DNA of 64,000 nucleotides from Gordius albopunctatus (Eukaryota): positions 19,778,001-19,842,000 of the forward strand of contig OZ193909.1 in NCBI GenBank assembly GCA_964276515.1, read 5' to 3'. How positions within the stretch are numbered: position 1 is the stretch's first letter; every line of letters begins with the position of its first letter. The notes beneath the pieces are model-generated. The model saw nothing but the letters and a program-made list of their open reading frames with translations. It was not told the DNA's origin and searched no databases. A program made the position numbers and the translations under genes. Shown piece by piece: positions 52,594 to 63,284 of this stretch.

Positions 52594-55500
52594 GCCTGCC
52601 AGAATCCGCGACACCCGGTTCAGGCCATAACATCAGTCGCTTATTTTTTATTTTTGATAAATTAACGAAATTTCGTTTTTTAATAGACACTGGCGCGGAA
52701 CTAAGTGTCATACCACCCCCACGTAACCACCATCTCACCCCCTCACACATCCGCCTCCAAGCTGCAAACAATAGTTCCATACTGACCTATGGCCAGAAAT
52801 CAATGGAACTGGACCTTAGCTTACGGAGAAGTTTTCAATGGGTGTTTACCATCGCCGACGTTAAAACACCGATCATCGGGGCTGATTTTTTAAATCATTA
52901 TAACCTCCTCGTTGATATACGCCGCAAATGTTTATTAGACCCTAAGACTACTTTAAAGTCTTATGGGCGATATATTGATTCGAGCTTGTACAATTTACAA
53001 CTCGCAATAAAGATCGATTCACCGTATTTTAAAAATGTTTTAAAAGATTTCCCCGAGATTTATACCCCTCCAAATTACAGGTCACGCGTAAGCCACGAAG
53101 TAGTCCACCACATACGTACACTAGGACCCCCCGTTTATGCCAGACCTAGACGCTTAGACCCTGTCAAGCTAAAAATTGCCAAACAGGAGTTTACTCATAT
53201 GCTCGAACTCGGCATAATTCAACCCTCAGAAAGCTCCTGGAGTTCTCCATTGCACATGGTTCCGAAAAAAACTCCTGGAGATTGGCGACCATGTGGAGAT
53301 TACCGAGCCCTTAACGTTATAACGATACCGGACCGTTACCCCTTGCCACACCTGCACGATTTCTCACTCAACCTAGCCGGCACAACCATCTATACAAAAA
53401 TAGATCTAGTCAGAGCTTACCATCAAATACCCGTAGCCTTGGAGGACATCGCAAAGACTGCAATAACCACACCTTTCGGTCTTTATGAATTTTTGCGAAT
53501 GCCTTTCGGTTTACGAAATGCTGCTCAAACATTCCAACGCTTCATTGATCAAGCTCTCCGTGGTCTCAATTTTGCCTTCGCATATTTGGACGATATTTTG
53601 ATCGCAAGTACATCAACTAGTGAACATTTAGACCACTTACGTCAAGTTTTTACTCGATTAAGAGATTTTGATATAAAGATCAACCTGGACAAGTGTCAAT
53701 GGGGACGTTCTTCTCTGGATTTCCTAGGACATCAAGTTTCCCCACAAGGTTTAACGCCAATACCGGAGAAGATTTCAGCCATCAAGAATTTTGCCACCCC
53801 GACCACTATGACACAACTACGTCGTTTCGTGGGAATGGTAAATTTTTACAGGCGTTTTATACCCAACTGTGCACGACATCTACAACCACTGACAGATCTC
53901 CTCAACGACGCAAAAGGACCTTTGGACATGACGCAGACCGCACACGACGCATTCCACGAGATTAAAATAATGCTCGATGAAATTTCGACCCTTAATCATT
54001 TAGTGGATGGTGCCAACATCTCTATTACAACCGACGCGTCAAACTCGGCCATTGGAGCCGTACTACATCAGACCGTAAAAGGAGAAATCAGTCCTTTATC
54101 CTTTTTCTCCCTGAAATTGAACAAAACACAAACTCGATACAGTACATTCGGGAGAGAACTGCTAGCAATTTATCTTTCAATTAAACAGTACCGACATATT
54201 TTAGAAGGTCGCGAATTTACAGTTTTTACTGATCACAAACCGTTAACTTACGCTCTCACTTCTAAACCCGATAAATACTCGCCGCGCGAAATACGACAAT
54301 TAGACTATATCTCCCAATTTACTTCAAATATACAGTTTATTAAAGGTAAAGCGAATATAGTAGCAGACACTTTGTCCCGAATCGATATCGATTCCATACA
54401 ACAAACAAACTCCACCCAAGAGCCGAACACATCCCTCACAGAAAGAATTGCTATGACACAAAAACAAGAGCAATATCAACTAGAAGAGCTCGAAAGTCTT
54501 AAACTAGAACAACGAGTAATCCCAGGTACAAATTTAACTATTACGTGCGATACATCTGCATCGACTTCGAGACCTTTAGTACCTAGGACGCTCCGACGCA
54601 TAGTTTTTAATCAACTACATGGTCTTTCTCACCCAGCCTTACGCCCAACACTTAGACTAATTGCCCAACGTTTCGTCTGGCCGGGAATGAACAAAGATGT
54701 ACGCGATTGGACAAAGCAATGCATTGCGTGTCAAAAATGCAAAGTAAATAGACACGTAATATCAACCCCAGGCACGTTCGCTGAACCAGACGCAAGGTTT
54801 AGCCACGTACATGTAGATCTCGTCGGACCCTTACCACCTTCTAACGGCCACATTTATATTTTTACTGCCGTTGATCGTTTCACCCGATGGCCGATTGCAA
54901 TTCCCATTATTGACTCAACAGCCGAAACCGTTGCACGCACATTTTTGACATACTGGATAGCCAACTTTGGTGTTCCGGCGACATTAACCACGGACCGGGG
55001 ACCGCAATTCCAATCTGCCCTTTTTAAACAATTATCTATTTTATTAGGGTATCATCATATCACTACGACAGCTTACCATCCACAAGCCAATGGGATGGTA
55101 GAGCGATTTCACCGACAGCTCAAAGGTTCAATCATGACAAAAGGTGACGTTACCCGTTGGTCCGAACTTATTCCCCTTGTACTCCTAGGGATTCGCAACA
55201 GCGTCAAGGAAGACCTCGCCTGTTCAAGCGCGGAGTTGGTATACGGTACTTCTTTACGACTCCCAGGAGATTTTTTACAACCGTCGGATTGCGACATAAA
55301 CGCCGCCGATTACATCCAACGCCTTAGACAGCAGTTTGATGATGTACGATTTACACCTTCCAGACCATCGAACAACAAACAACAATTGTCCAAAAATTTA
55401 TTTACATCAACTCATGTTTTTATAAGGACTGATCGGCTACGCAAAGCCTTGGTTCCCCCCTATGAAGGACCTTTCAAAGTGATTGAAAAACATACTAAAT

Positions 55501-55775
55501 TTTTTATCATAGATCACAAGGGCAGGAAAGACACGGTCTCAATCGATCGATTAAAGCCAGCTTTCCTCGAGCCTAAGGTTGATAACCCGAATTCAGCAGT
55601 TGACCCAAATGCACCCAAACCAAACAATCACTCAAAGACCAAAAATTCAAACCAACCTACCATTGTTTCTTCTACAAAACCTTCCACAAAACCTAGCGTA
55701 CCACTTCCCAACACAACCATTACCAAGTCTGGCCGACAAGTTCATTGGCCAAAAAAATTTTTTAATTTTATATGA
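52581..55775 (+). CDS. pol: Pol polyprotein (PR-RT-RNase H-IN) in the -1 frame relative to gag
   Basis: Uninterrupted ORF with [39 protein letters not shown]. Start is placed at the inferred frameshift site. Confidence 0.93.
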   Translation, partial: VKPIGLPESATPGSGHNISRLFFIFDKLTKFRFLIDTGAELSVIPPPRNHHLTPSHIRLQAANNSSILTYGQKSMELDLSLRRSFQWVFTIADVKTPIIGADFLNHYNLLVDIRRKCLLDPKTTLKSYGRYIDSSLYNLQLAIKIDSPYFKNVLKDFPEIYTPPNYRSRVSHEVVHHIRTLGPPVYARPRRLDPVKLKIAKQEFTHMLELGIIQPSESSWSSPLHMVPKKTPGDWRPCGDYRALNVITIPDRYPLPHLHDFSLNLAGTTIYTKIDLVRAYHQIPVALEDIAKTAITTPFGLYEFLRMPFGLRNAAQTFQRFIDQALRGLNFAFAYLDDILIASTSTSEHLDHLRQVFTRLRDFDIKINLDKCQWGRSSLDFLGHQVSPQGLTPIPEKISAIKNFATPTTMTQLRRFVGMVNFYRRFIPNCARHLQPLTDLLNDAKGPLDMTQTAHDAFHEIKIMLDEISTLNHLVDGANISITTDASNSAIGAVLHQTVKGEISPLSFFSLKLNKTQTRYSTFGRELLAIYLSIKQYRHILEGREFTVFTDHKPLTYALTSKPDKYSPREIRQLDYISQFTSNIQFIKGKANIVADTLSRIDIDSIQQTNSTQEPNTSLTERIAMTQKQEQYQLEELESLKLEQRVIPGTNLTITCDTSASTSRPLVPRTLRRIVFNQLHGLSHPALRPTLRLIAQRFVWPGMNKDVRDWTKQCIACQKCKVNRHVISTPGTFAEPDARFSHVHVDLVGPLPPSNGHIYIFTAVDRFTRWPIAIPIIDSTAETVARTFLTYWIANFGVPATLTTDRGPQFQSALFKQLSILLGYHHITTTAYHPQANGMVERFHRQLKGSIMTKGDVTRWSELIPLVLLGIRNSVKEDLACSSAELVYGTSLRLPGDFLQPSDCDINAADYIQRLRQQFDDVRFTPSRPSNNKQQLSKNLFTSTHVFIRTDRLRKALVPPYEGPFKVIEKHTKFFIIDHKGRKDTVSIDRLKPAFLEPKVDNPNSAVDPNAPKPNNHSKTKNSNQPTIVSSTKPSTKPSVPLPNTTITKSGRQVHWPKKFFNFI

Positions 55776-58509
55776 ACTCCGTTTTTACCCAGCGGACTAT
55801 TTGTTGCGTCCTATACCTCGCGGAGGTGTTGCGTCAATTAACTTAATTGTCTAATTTACATTACCTTACTACTTTACGACGTTAAATTGATTTATTTATA
55901 CCTCGCGTAATTGATTTATTTATAGACACCACTAAACTTGATTGATTTATTCAATTAATTCACGAGTATATAAAAGGAGTTTAAAACTCTTTTTACTCAC
56001 TTACTTTTCTTCCAACGATTTAATTAATATTATACAATAAAGTAATCATACTTTATACTAACTACTAAACAAGCTCGAAACTACAAGATAGCTACATTTT
56101 TAACGCCGAAATACAAACAGATGAAAATATTGCAGCCTGAAGAGCTTAATGAGCTCTATGACGAGATTAGGTCATTAATGAATGATAAAAGTTGCGAAAG
56201 TCTAAAGGAAAAGCCAGTTGTTCAAAGGGAGGTATCAAAGGAAAATAATCAGCTAGGTATTTAATATATAACTTCATGTTAAAATATATTTTAGAAAATA
56301 ATGCTAACTTGTCTTTCATGGATTTTTCCGGTTGGGAGGAATGTGCAGATGCAGATGAAAATGTTCAAGAAAAAGATGAACTTGATGAATATATTCATTA
56401 TAAACTTACAAAGAAGGATGATGAAATATACGACACATTAGAATGGTGAAGAATATATTCCTATAAATATCCTGCTTTAGGGTTATTGGCTAGTAAATTT
56501 CTGGCCATACCTGCTGCCTCCTCTGCGTCCACTGAGAGATCTTTTTCTACAGCTGGACGAATTTTAGAAGATAGGAGGTCGATTTTACGGCCTGAAATTG
56601 TAGACGCTATTATATTTATACATAATTATAATAATTCTCTCAAATAAATTTATTATTCAAATTCGTGGCGTTAAATTGTTTCTCCAATTTATTTTGGCAA
56701 ATCAATTCAAAATATTTAAAACGCTTTCGTGTCTGGTCGTTTTTGGGTTGAAAAATTTTTAAACGCTTTCGGGTCGGGTTGGGTTCGGGTTGAAAAATTT
56801 AAAACAAATTCGGGTCGGGTTCGGGTTGAAAATTAAAAACGCTTTCGGGTCGGGTTCGGGTTGAAAAAATGTGACTTTGCAGGGCTCTAATATATATACA
56901 TAGACTTTACTTTATTCTACGGTTAAATTTTTGCTCGAATCGGGTCTGTAGTTTCAGAATTTAGCCCTTACATACATATATATATATATATATTATATAT
57001 ATATATATATATACTTTTCTTTATATATATAGATTACAAATACATTTCAAAAATTTATTTAAAAATATATTAAACACAAATAAATTCCATATGGAACCAT
57101 AATAGGCGAACAGAAATATATTTATAAAATAATTAAGCAGTGTTTTTCAGCCAATTTTTGAGGCAAATTATTTTTCTAATATTTTCTTCCTTAAGGGATT
57201 GTTTATGTTTAGTTAATAAATTGGTCCCGGTGGAAAATATTCTTTCACGCGGCATAGATGATCGGTGATATATTCTTTGGTTGCCTTGCAATTTTTATTA
57301 ATGTTCTTAGTTTGATTAAATTGTGATTTATACATTTTCAAGAACTTGTTTTGCTGCAAGATTTATTATGTGACCCATACATCTAACACCCACTATTTTC
57401 AATGATGGATATTTTTTGAGAGGATCTCAATAAACCTTATATTACTTCTAGCATTATCTAAAGTGATACAAAAAATTTTTAAAGTGATACCATTGTTATT
57501 TAAAATAGATATAAAAACATCACAGATGTTTTGTCCTGAATGCTTGTCAATAAAAGGATAGCAATCTATAATTATATTTTCCAACTCCTATTTATCATTA
57601 ATAAAGTGGGTTGTTAAAGCAAGGAAGGGGACTCCTATAGGAGATGCCCATATGTCTATGGTGTAGTTGAGTTGGGAAGTCACTTCAGACAGTCTTGATT
57701 TGATCTTGTTAGAAGTTTCTAAATAAATATCATTTAGATATTTCTTCATTACATCTTTAGAATAAATTGGTAAATTTGCATTCCTAGCCAATTGAAACTT
57801 TTTAAAATTTTCACTGTTTAATGATTTTAAGGATATGTTGCATTCTATAATCTACTTTAATAAATAATATCTGTCATCATATCTTGGATTTAAGTATTTT
57901 TCAATATTTCCATCTTTATGTGGTTTTATATGAAAAGTTTGATAATGTTTATTTAACGCTGATGTTGTTCCTGATTGATTATACACAAAAACTTTCAAGC
58001 AATAATTACCAGTGGCGTAGCTAGGGGGGCCAGGGGGCTCGGCCCCCCCCAAGAGCAAAAACCGGGCCACATGGTCCCCCCCCCCCCAAGGGAAAAATCT
58101 TGGGCCCCCGGGCCCCTTCCGCCATTATTTTTTTATCTTAATTAAAAAACAATATAAATATTATTATTATTGTTTTTGGATAAAGGTTTTAATTATAATA
58201 TTACAAATAAAAACAAAAATGCTGTATAAGACAAGAAAGGGTTAAAATTGTATCTAATTGTTGAGTCAACATAATTACATAATTTTAAAATTAATATTAA
58301 TTTAAAACCCGAGTTTTTTATAATTAATTTCCACTTTACTTTTATTAATTAATATGAAAAGCAATAGCAAGAAGCAATTAAAGATTAACATGTTTTTAAA
58401 GCCCTTAGCTCCAAGCAATAGATTAAATCAAATAGGTATTTAAAAATTTTTATTATTAGGTTTATATAAATATAATATTAGGTGAAGAAAAAAATGCAGT
58501 CCTGAAAGG

Positions 58510-60959
58510 TGTTATATATTGAAATATTGTATTTTATGTTATATAGTTTAATATTTTATTTTTATATTGATATTTTAATATTGGATTTTAATCTCGTTTG
58601 AAAACTTCGGTTCTTATTATATACATACCCTTGTCCCAATTAACACACATATATAATTACATTATCATATGATATCGACATTGTTTATGCGCGCTAATAC
58701 CAAATAAAGTCGAGATATAATATTGGCGCTGCGAATTAAATATGTCTTCAATTATTCCAAATTGGAAAAGATATCCCTTAAGGAATTTGATTCCAGCAGC
58801 GAGAATATCAAGATTATTTGGATTACGTGGACGCCCGCCTTGATATTATAGGACTATCATCCGATTTGGCAAGGAAAAAGTTGATCAGAGCATTTCTAGG
58901 CACGGCCAATTTAAGGAAACTGTCTCAAATTTTATATCCTAGACTTTTTAAAGATGCCATATGGGATGAAATTGTCTCGGCTATGCGTAAAGTATTTGAA
59001 AAGACAACTTCGGCATTTGCGGCGAGAATGGAACTGATGCGATCGAAAAGAGCCTCAGGTGAATCGGTTTTGGATTTTTATCGAAGAATCAATTCTATAG
59101 TGCAAGATTGCAACTTCAAGGTAGACATAGAGGCGGATCAGCTGATTTTTGGAGTGGATATTCAAAGGTTGGAACTCGAAATTCGAACTAACGTTTCCAA
59201 TTGTGAGAAGGACGGAAGTCCTCTCACATTAGAGAAGGTGCTAGACATGGCATTAACGATAGAAAGAGCTGAGAAGAAGACCCAAGAAAATATTCCTATG
59301 GATCAAAAGATATCGAGGAAGTGAGGTGAGAAGTCTTTTAAATCCGACAAGAGTTTTAAATGCCAACGTTGCGATAGGAATCATCCTCCAAATCAGTGTC
59401 CTGCCTTTATGGCGTATTGTAGAAAGTGTAATAGGAGGAGATATTACGCTCGGTGTTGTAAAGACGATTCTAAGATACCGCAAGTATATATAGCCGGAGA
59501 AGATAATGATGCCGGTTCTATGAATTCAATATGCCAGATTAATCGTCGAGGGCGTCGTGCCACGATTAGGGTGAAAATCAACGATCTCTGGACAGTGATG
59601 GATTTTAACACTGGGGGGCAGGTATCTGTAATTAATGCATCGTTATGGAAAGAAATCAGCCAGCCTGTACTTAGAAAGGCCATACCACCTCTAGTATACG
59701 GTTGTACAGTCCTATATATATTGGGTGAATCAACGGTGAAGGTCCAGTTGGGCAAGCGAACAAAATTTTTAACAGTGATGGTTAGCAAGGGTAAGGAGGT
59801 ACCACTTTTTGGGTTACCATGGAATTTAGCTTTAATTTATCACTTCCCTAAATGGTTGAAGTTCATAATGTCAGAAGTTTAAACAATCAAACCTCGATTA
59901 CGTGTCAAGAAAATGCTTGGCTACGAGACGATTTGGCTAAGACTCAACAAAAGCTGATGGCTAGCGAACAAAACGTGGCTGTGTTAGAAGAAATGGGCAA
60001 ACACTTGGGATACATGGCAAACATTAAGAAATACAATGGAGACATTTCTGCCATCAACACCGACCATAGGGAATCAAACCTAACGCTCAGAGATCTCGGG
60101 TTCGAAGATAACCAGGCAGACTCATACGGTGCTAATAACAGAACTAGTATATACAGCCAATCGGGAAGCATCAATGGGTCGGATTCCATCTTGAATTCGG
60201 GTTACGGAAGACTTACCACACTCAACAATCTAGCCGTTTTATATGGGAAACGGGGCAACTACAAGGAAACCGAGACAGGCTACGAGCAAATAAATACAAG
60301 GGCCCACGACAAAAGGCATGAAGCCACCAACGAAGAAGGCAGGCAGATATGGAAAGTGCCAAAGAGAGTCAACAAAATTGCAAGGGTGGTGATGGCCCTG
60401 CCGATACTGCCGTTTCTGGGTTCGAGTACGGGATTCGGCATAAATCTGCAGCCAATGGCAATAGCTTGGCGCATGACAAGGAATTAAAGGCAGGAGTATT
60501 CCTTCCGGAACAACCGGGATGGGTGAGGAAGAAATCGAGTCAAGGTTGGCATGAGGGTTTTATTGCAACAAGAATGGAACCGTGGTCCTACTCAATGGAA
60601 GCGGATGGAAGGCTATTGCGGAAGCATATCGACCAGCTAAGGAAGATGTTCTTAGATACACAAGAGCTGGTCCAAGTGTACCACCGTCAGTTAAGCCTAA
60701 CCCACATTCAATACTTATCGAGGAAAAATAATTAAAAGCCAAAAAGAAAGGGGGGAGATATGTTATATATTGGAATATTGTATTTTATGTTATATAGTTT
60801 AATATTGTATTTTAATATTGGATTTTAATCTCGTTTGAAAACTTCGGTTCGTATTATATACATACCCTTGTCCCAATTAACACATATATATAATTACATT
60901 ATCATATGATATCGACATTGTTTATTCGCATTAATACCAAATAAAGTCGAGATATAATA
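58510..60959 (+). mobile_element. Non-autonomous Mag-like LTR element: gag, PR, kinesin light chain fragment, IN C-terminus
   Basis: LTRs 58510-58722 and 60761-60959; TSD AAAGG (58505-58509, 60960-60964); PBS TGGCGCTGCGA; PPT AAAAAGAAAGGGGGGAGA; no RT, RH or IN core. Confidence 0.93.
59903..60455 (+). pseudogene. KLC: Captured kinesin light chain coding fragment
   Basis: CQENAWLRDDLAKTQQKLMASEQNVAVLEE..KHLGYMANIKKY, TLNNLAVLYGKRGNYKE, YEQINTRAH..IW and (other frame) EYGIRHK match KLC heptad, TPR and TPR5-6 linker motifs. Confidence 0.9.
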
Positions 60960-63284
60960 AAAGGTATTTACTTAGTGTTAGTGCTTTCATTCATTTATTC
61001 AAATACAAATTTATAGAAAATAAAAAGGAGAATTACATTGACATTGGCAGTAATAGTAATAGCTCTTCATCCTCAACCTCGAGTAATTCATTATATTAAA
61101 TAATTTCAAAGCCATAAATTAGGTTACACTGAACGTCTTACTAATTTAATTGAAAATGGCATTCTAGAAAATTCCAATCATAAAAATAAAAGATTGATTT
61201 CAAGATTGATTTATATTATCCTTTCATCGATAGAATAATAGCAGAATTAAACATAAGATTTTTGGAAATGAATTGTAATTTATATAAGTCCTTAGAAGAT
61301 TTAAACCCTTCATCCCCATTTTTGCGATAAATCTCTTTTATCATAAATAATTAACCATTATGAATTAAAACTGGAAGACGGCGAAATAAAAATGGCAAAA
61401 AATTTTGTAACACGTTATAACTCTTTATCTTAAAATAAAATCCAATGATATTTTTTCACTTATTAAAAACTTGCCCTCAGTAGTGTTTCCAAATTTTACT
61501 ATTTTGATTAAAAGTATTTTAACTATCCCAATAACTTCATGTTCGTGCGAAAGATCGTTCTCATTGCTAAAACGGATTAAAACTTATCTTCGTTCTACAA
61601 TTGGACAAGATAGGTTATCTTCCTTACCTTTATTGAGCTTAGAACATGACTTTGTAAATGTTATTCCCCCGGATGATATTATAAATTCGTTTGCAACATC
61701 GAGTAAAAGGCCTAATGAACTACTATTAAAAGACTAATTTTAATGTTTAATGAAAAATTATCTGGTCTTTTAAACTTGTTTTAAACTTTTTAACACTTTC
61801 AAAATATATTAAAATATTATTAAATTTACGAAAATTCTATCCTGGTTTCAATTTAATTGTCCATCTCACATGCTTATTGTTTAACATATCTTGCATATTT
61901 TTATGTACCACATGCACATATCGAGCCAATAGTTTTCCAAAAAATTGTTTGTACACCATTTTTTCCCCTTTATTAGTGATATCCCATCATAAGTTTGATA
62001 AATTAATATTAATAACCAATTCCTGAATTTTATAGACAAATGTTAACGCATCAAAACTTTCAAGGGATAAAAATCCTAAAAAAATTCATTATGTTTCTCT
62101 TTGGACGCTAAGTTGTTCTGTGCATCTCACACCTCTAATTTCATCTAAAATTATCAAATAAAATTTTGATTCATTTAACTTTGACAGAATATTTTTAAGG
62201 TTCATTTAGCCGTTAAATAAATTTAAGTTCATTTTAATTTCTAGGTGATGTAAAGGGGGGAGGGGGTTGTACAAATATATCTATAATATCAGGGGCAATA
62301 ACTTCTAAATACTCATTCTTGAACGAATTTTAATTTCATAATTATTTTTTTTAATTTTATGTTATAATTACGCCTTTTGAGCATCACCTTAAAAAAGGAT
62401 TTTAAATGTTCTCATTGTTCTCTTGATATAAATGCTGCCTGAAAATGCTGCCAATATTGTATATGTAAAATTAAAATTTGTTATATATATGGACAAGATT
62501 TTTGGGGTTGTGGCAATCATTTTTATAAAAACTTTGTTATATAGTTTTTTAACTATTTGCATTATTTTTTAAAATACCAACCATTTCTCATCAATATCCC
62601 CGTTCCACTTTTACCCTTACAATCATTTATACAAAATTTATTATACCATGTGAAATTTTCTATCTTGTTTCAACTACATCTCTTTGTTTTATTTATGAAT
62701 ACATTTTATATCTTATATGCTCTATAAACATGAGAGGACATATTAGTGTGATGTTATTAGAAAAAATAGACAAAGTAGTAGCGGAATTTTAAGTTTGTCC
62801 AACGTTCATGAGAGAAAATTTTTTTAATTGCATTTGACCCATGGTCGTATTTAGGTTTTGGATTGGGGGGGGGGGGCAAAACATAAATATTTTTTATTCT
62901 TAAAGGTGGGCGTAGGAAATTTTTTTGTCCCCCCCCCTATTTGACCAGCTCAGCCCCCCCCCCCCAAGGTAAAAAGGCTAGCTACGCCACTGATAATTAC
63001 ACATTAATTTATTTAATTCTTTATTGACTTTAAAATGATACCAAACAACAGACTTTTAACTTCTTTAGCACCTAAATTTAACAATATAGAAAAAAAATTA
63101 TGTTGTGTATATAAGAATGTAGGATATAAGATTTAATCATCTTAAAATAAATTCAAATAGATATTAATTGCTATGCAATTTATGGGCTCACTTTCCATTT
63201 TCCGATGTCACGCCGAACGTGTAATGTCACACACCGAATGTCTTGTCCCGTTGTTTATTTTTTGTTCGTATTAATTTAACTGGT

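Larger units (their letters stand above)
51421..56080 (+). mobile_element. CsRn1/Kabuki-like Ty3/Gypsy LTR retrotransposon with intact ORFs
   Basis: LTRs 51421-51700 and 55802-56080; 4-bp TSD CTAC (51417-51420, 56081-56084); tRNA-Trp-like PBS TGGTGACCC; host transposase reads DRYYKIATFL across the site. Confidence 0.96.
49586..56889 (+). mobile_element. hobo/Hermes-like hAT transposon with an intron-containing, disrupted transposase
   Basis: BED finger (KSKVWQLF..CSTC..TNHLRKHVC), FCAKDLTSF..GDGF, ETQWNS, ATFLTPKYK, AIPAASSASTERSFS; TCGGG subterminal repeats; right TIR GCAGGGCTCTA ends at 56889; left TIR missing. Confidence 0.9.
49241..57033 (-). mobile_element. Helitron copy (49241-49585 and 56890-57033) interrupted in its (TA)n tract by a hAT
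   Basis: Same ~120-bp internal repeat as 46543-46764; minus-strand TC 5' end at 57033; CTAG end not found. Confidence 0.75.
58010..62992 (+). mobile_element. hAT (Tip100-like) element, internally deleted, hosting an LTR element
   Basis: Perfect 15-bp TIR CAGTGGCGTAGCTAG; 8-bp TSD ATAATTAC (58002-58009, 62993-63000); dimerisation domain TIPITSCSCERSFSLLKRIKTYLRSTIGQDRL at 61471-61737. Confidence 0.95.
57133..63075 (-). pseudogene. Decayed hAT (Ac-like) transposase, with its BED finger split by the 58010-62992 insertion
   Basis: Joined across the insertion: KSVVWYHFK..LMCNY|CLKVFVYNQSGTTSALNKHYQTFH; then TIDIW, ITLDNARSN, RCMGHIINL and IFSTG..SLKEENI. Confidence 0.85.

Noticed and set aside
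59852..60487. Functional host kinesin light chain gene
   Set aside because: Lacks the N-terminus and most TPRs, is frameshifted and lies between LTRs; treated as a captured fragment.
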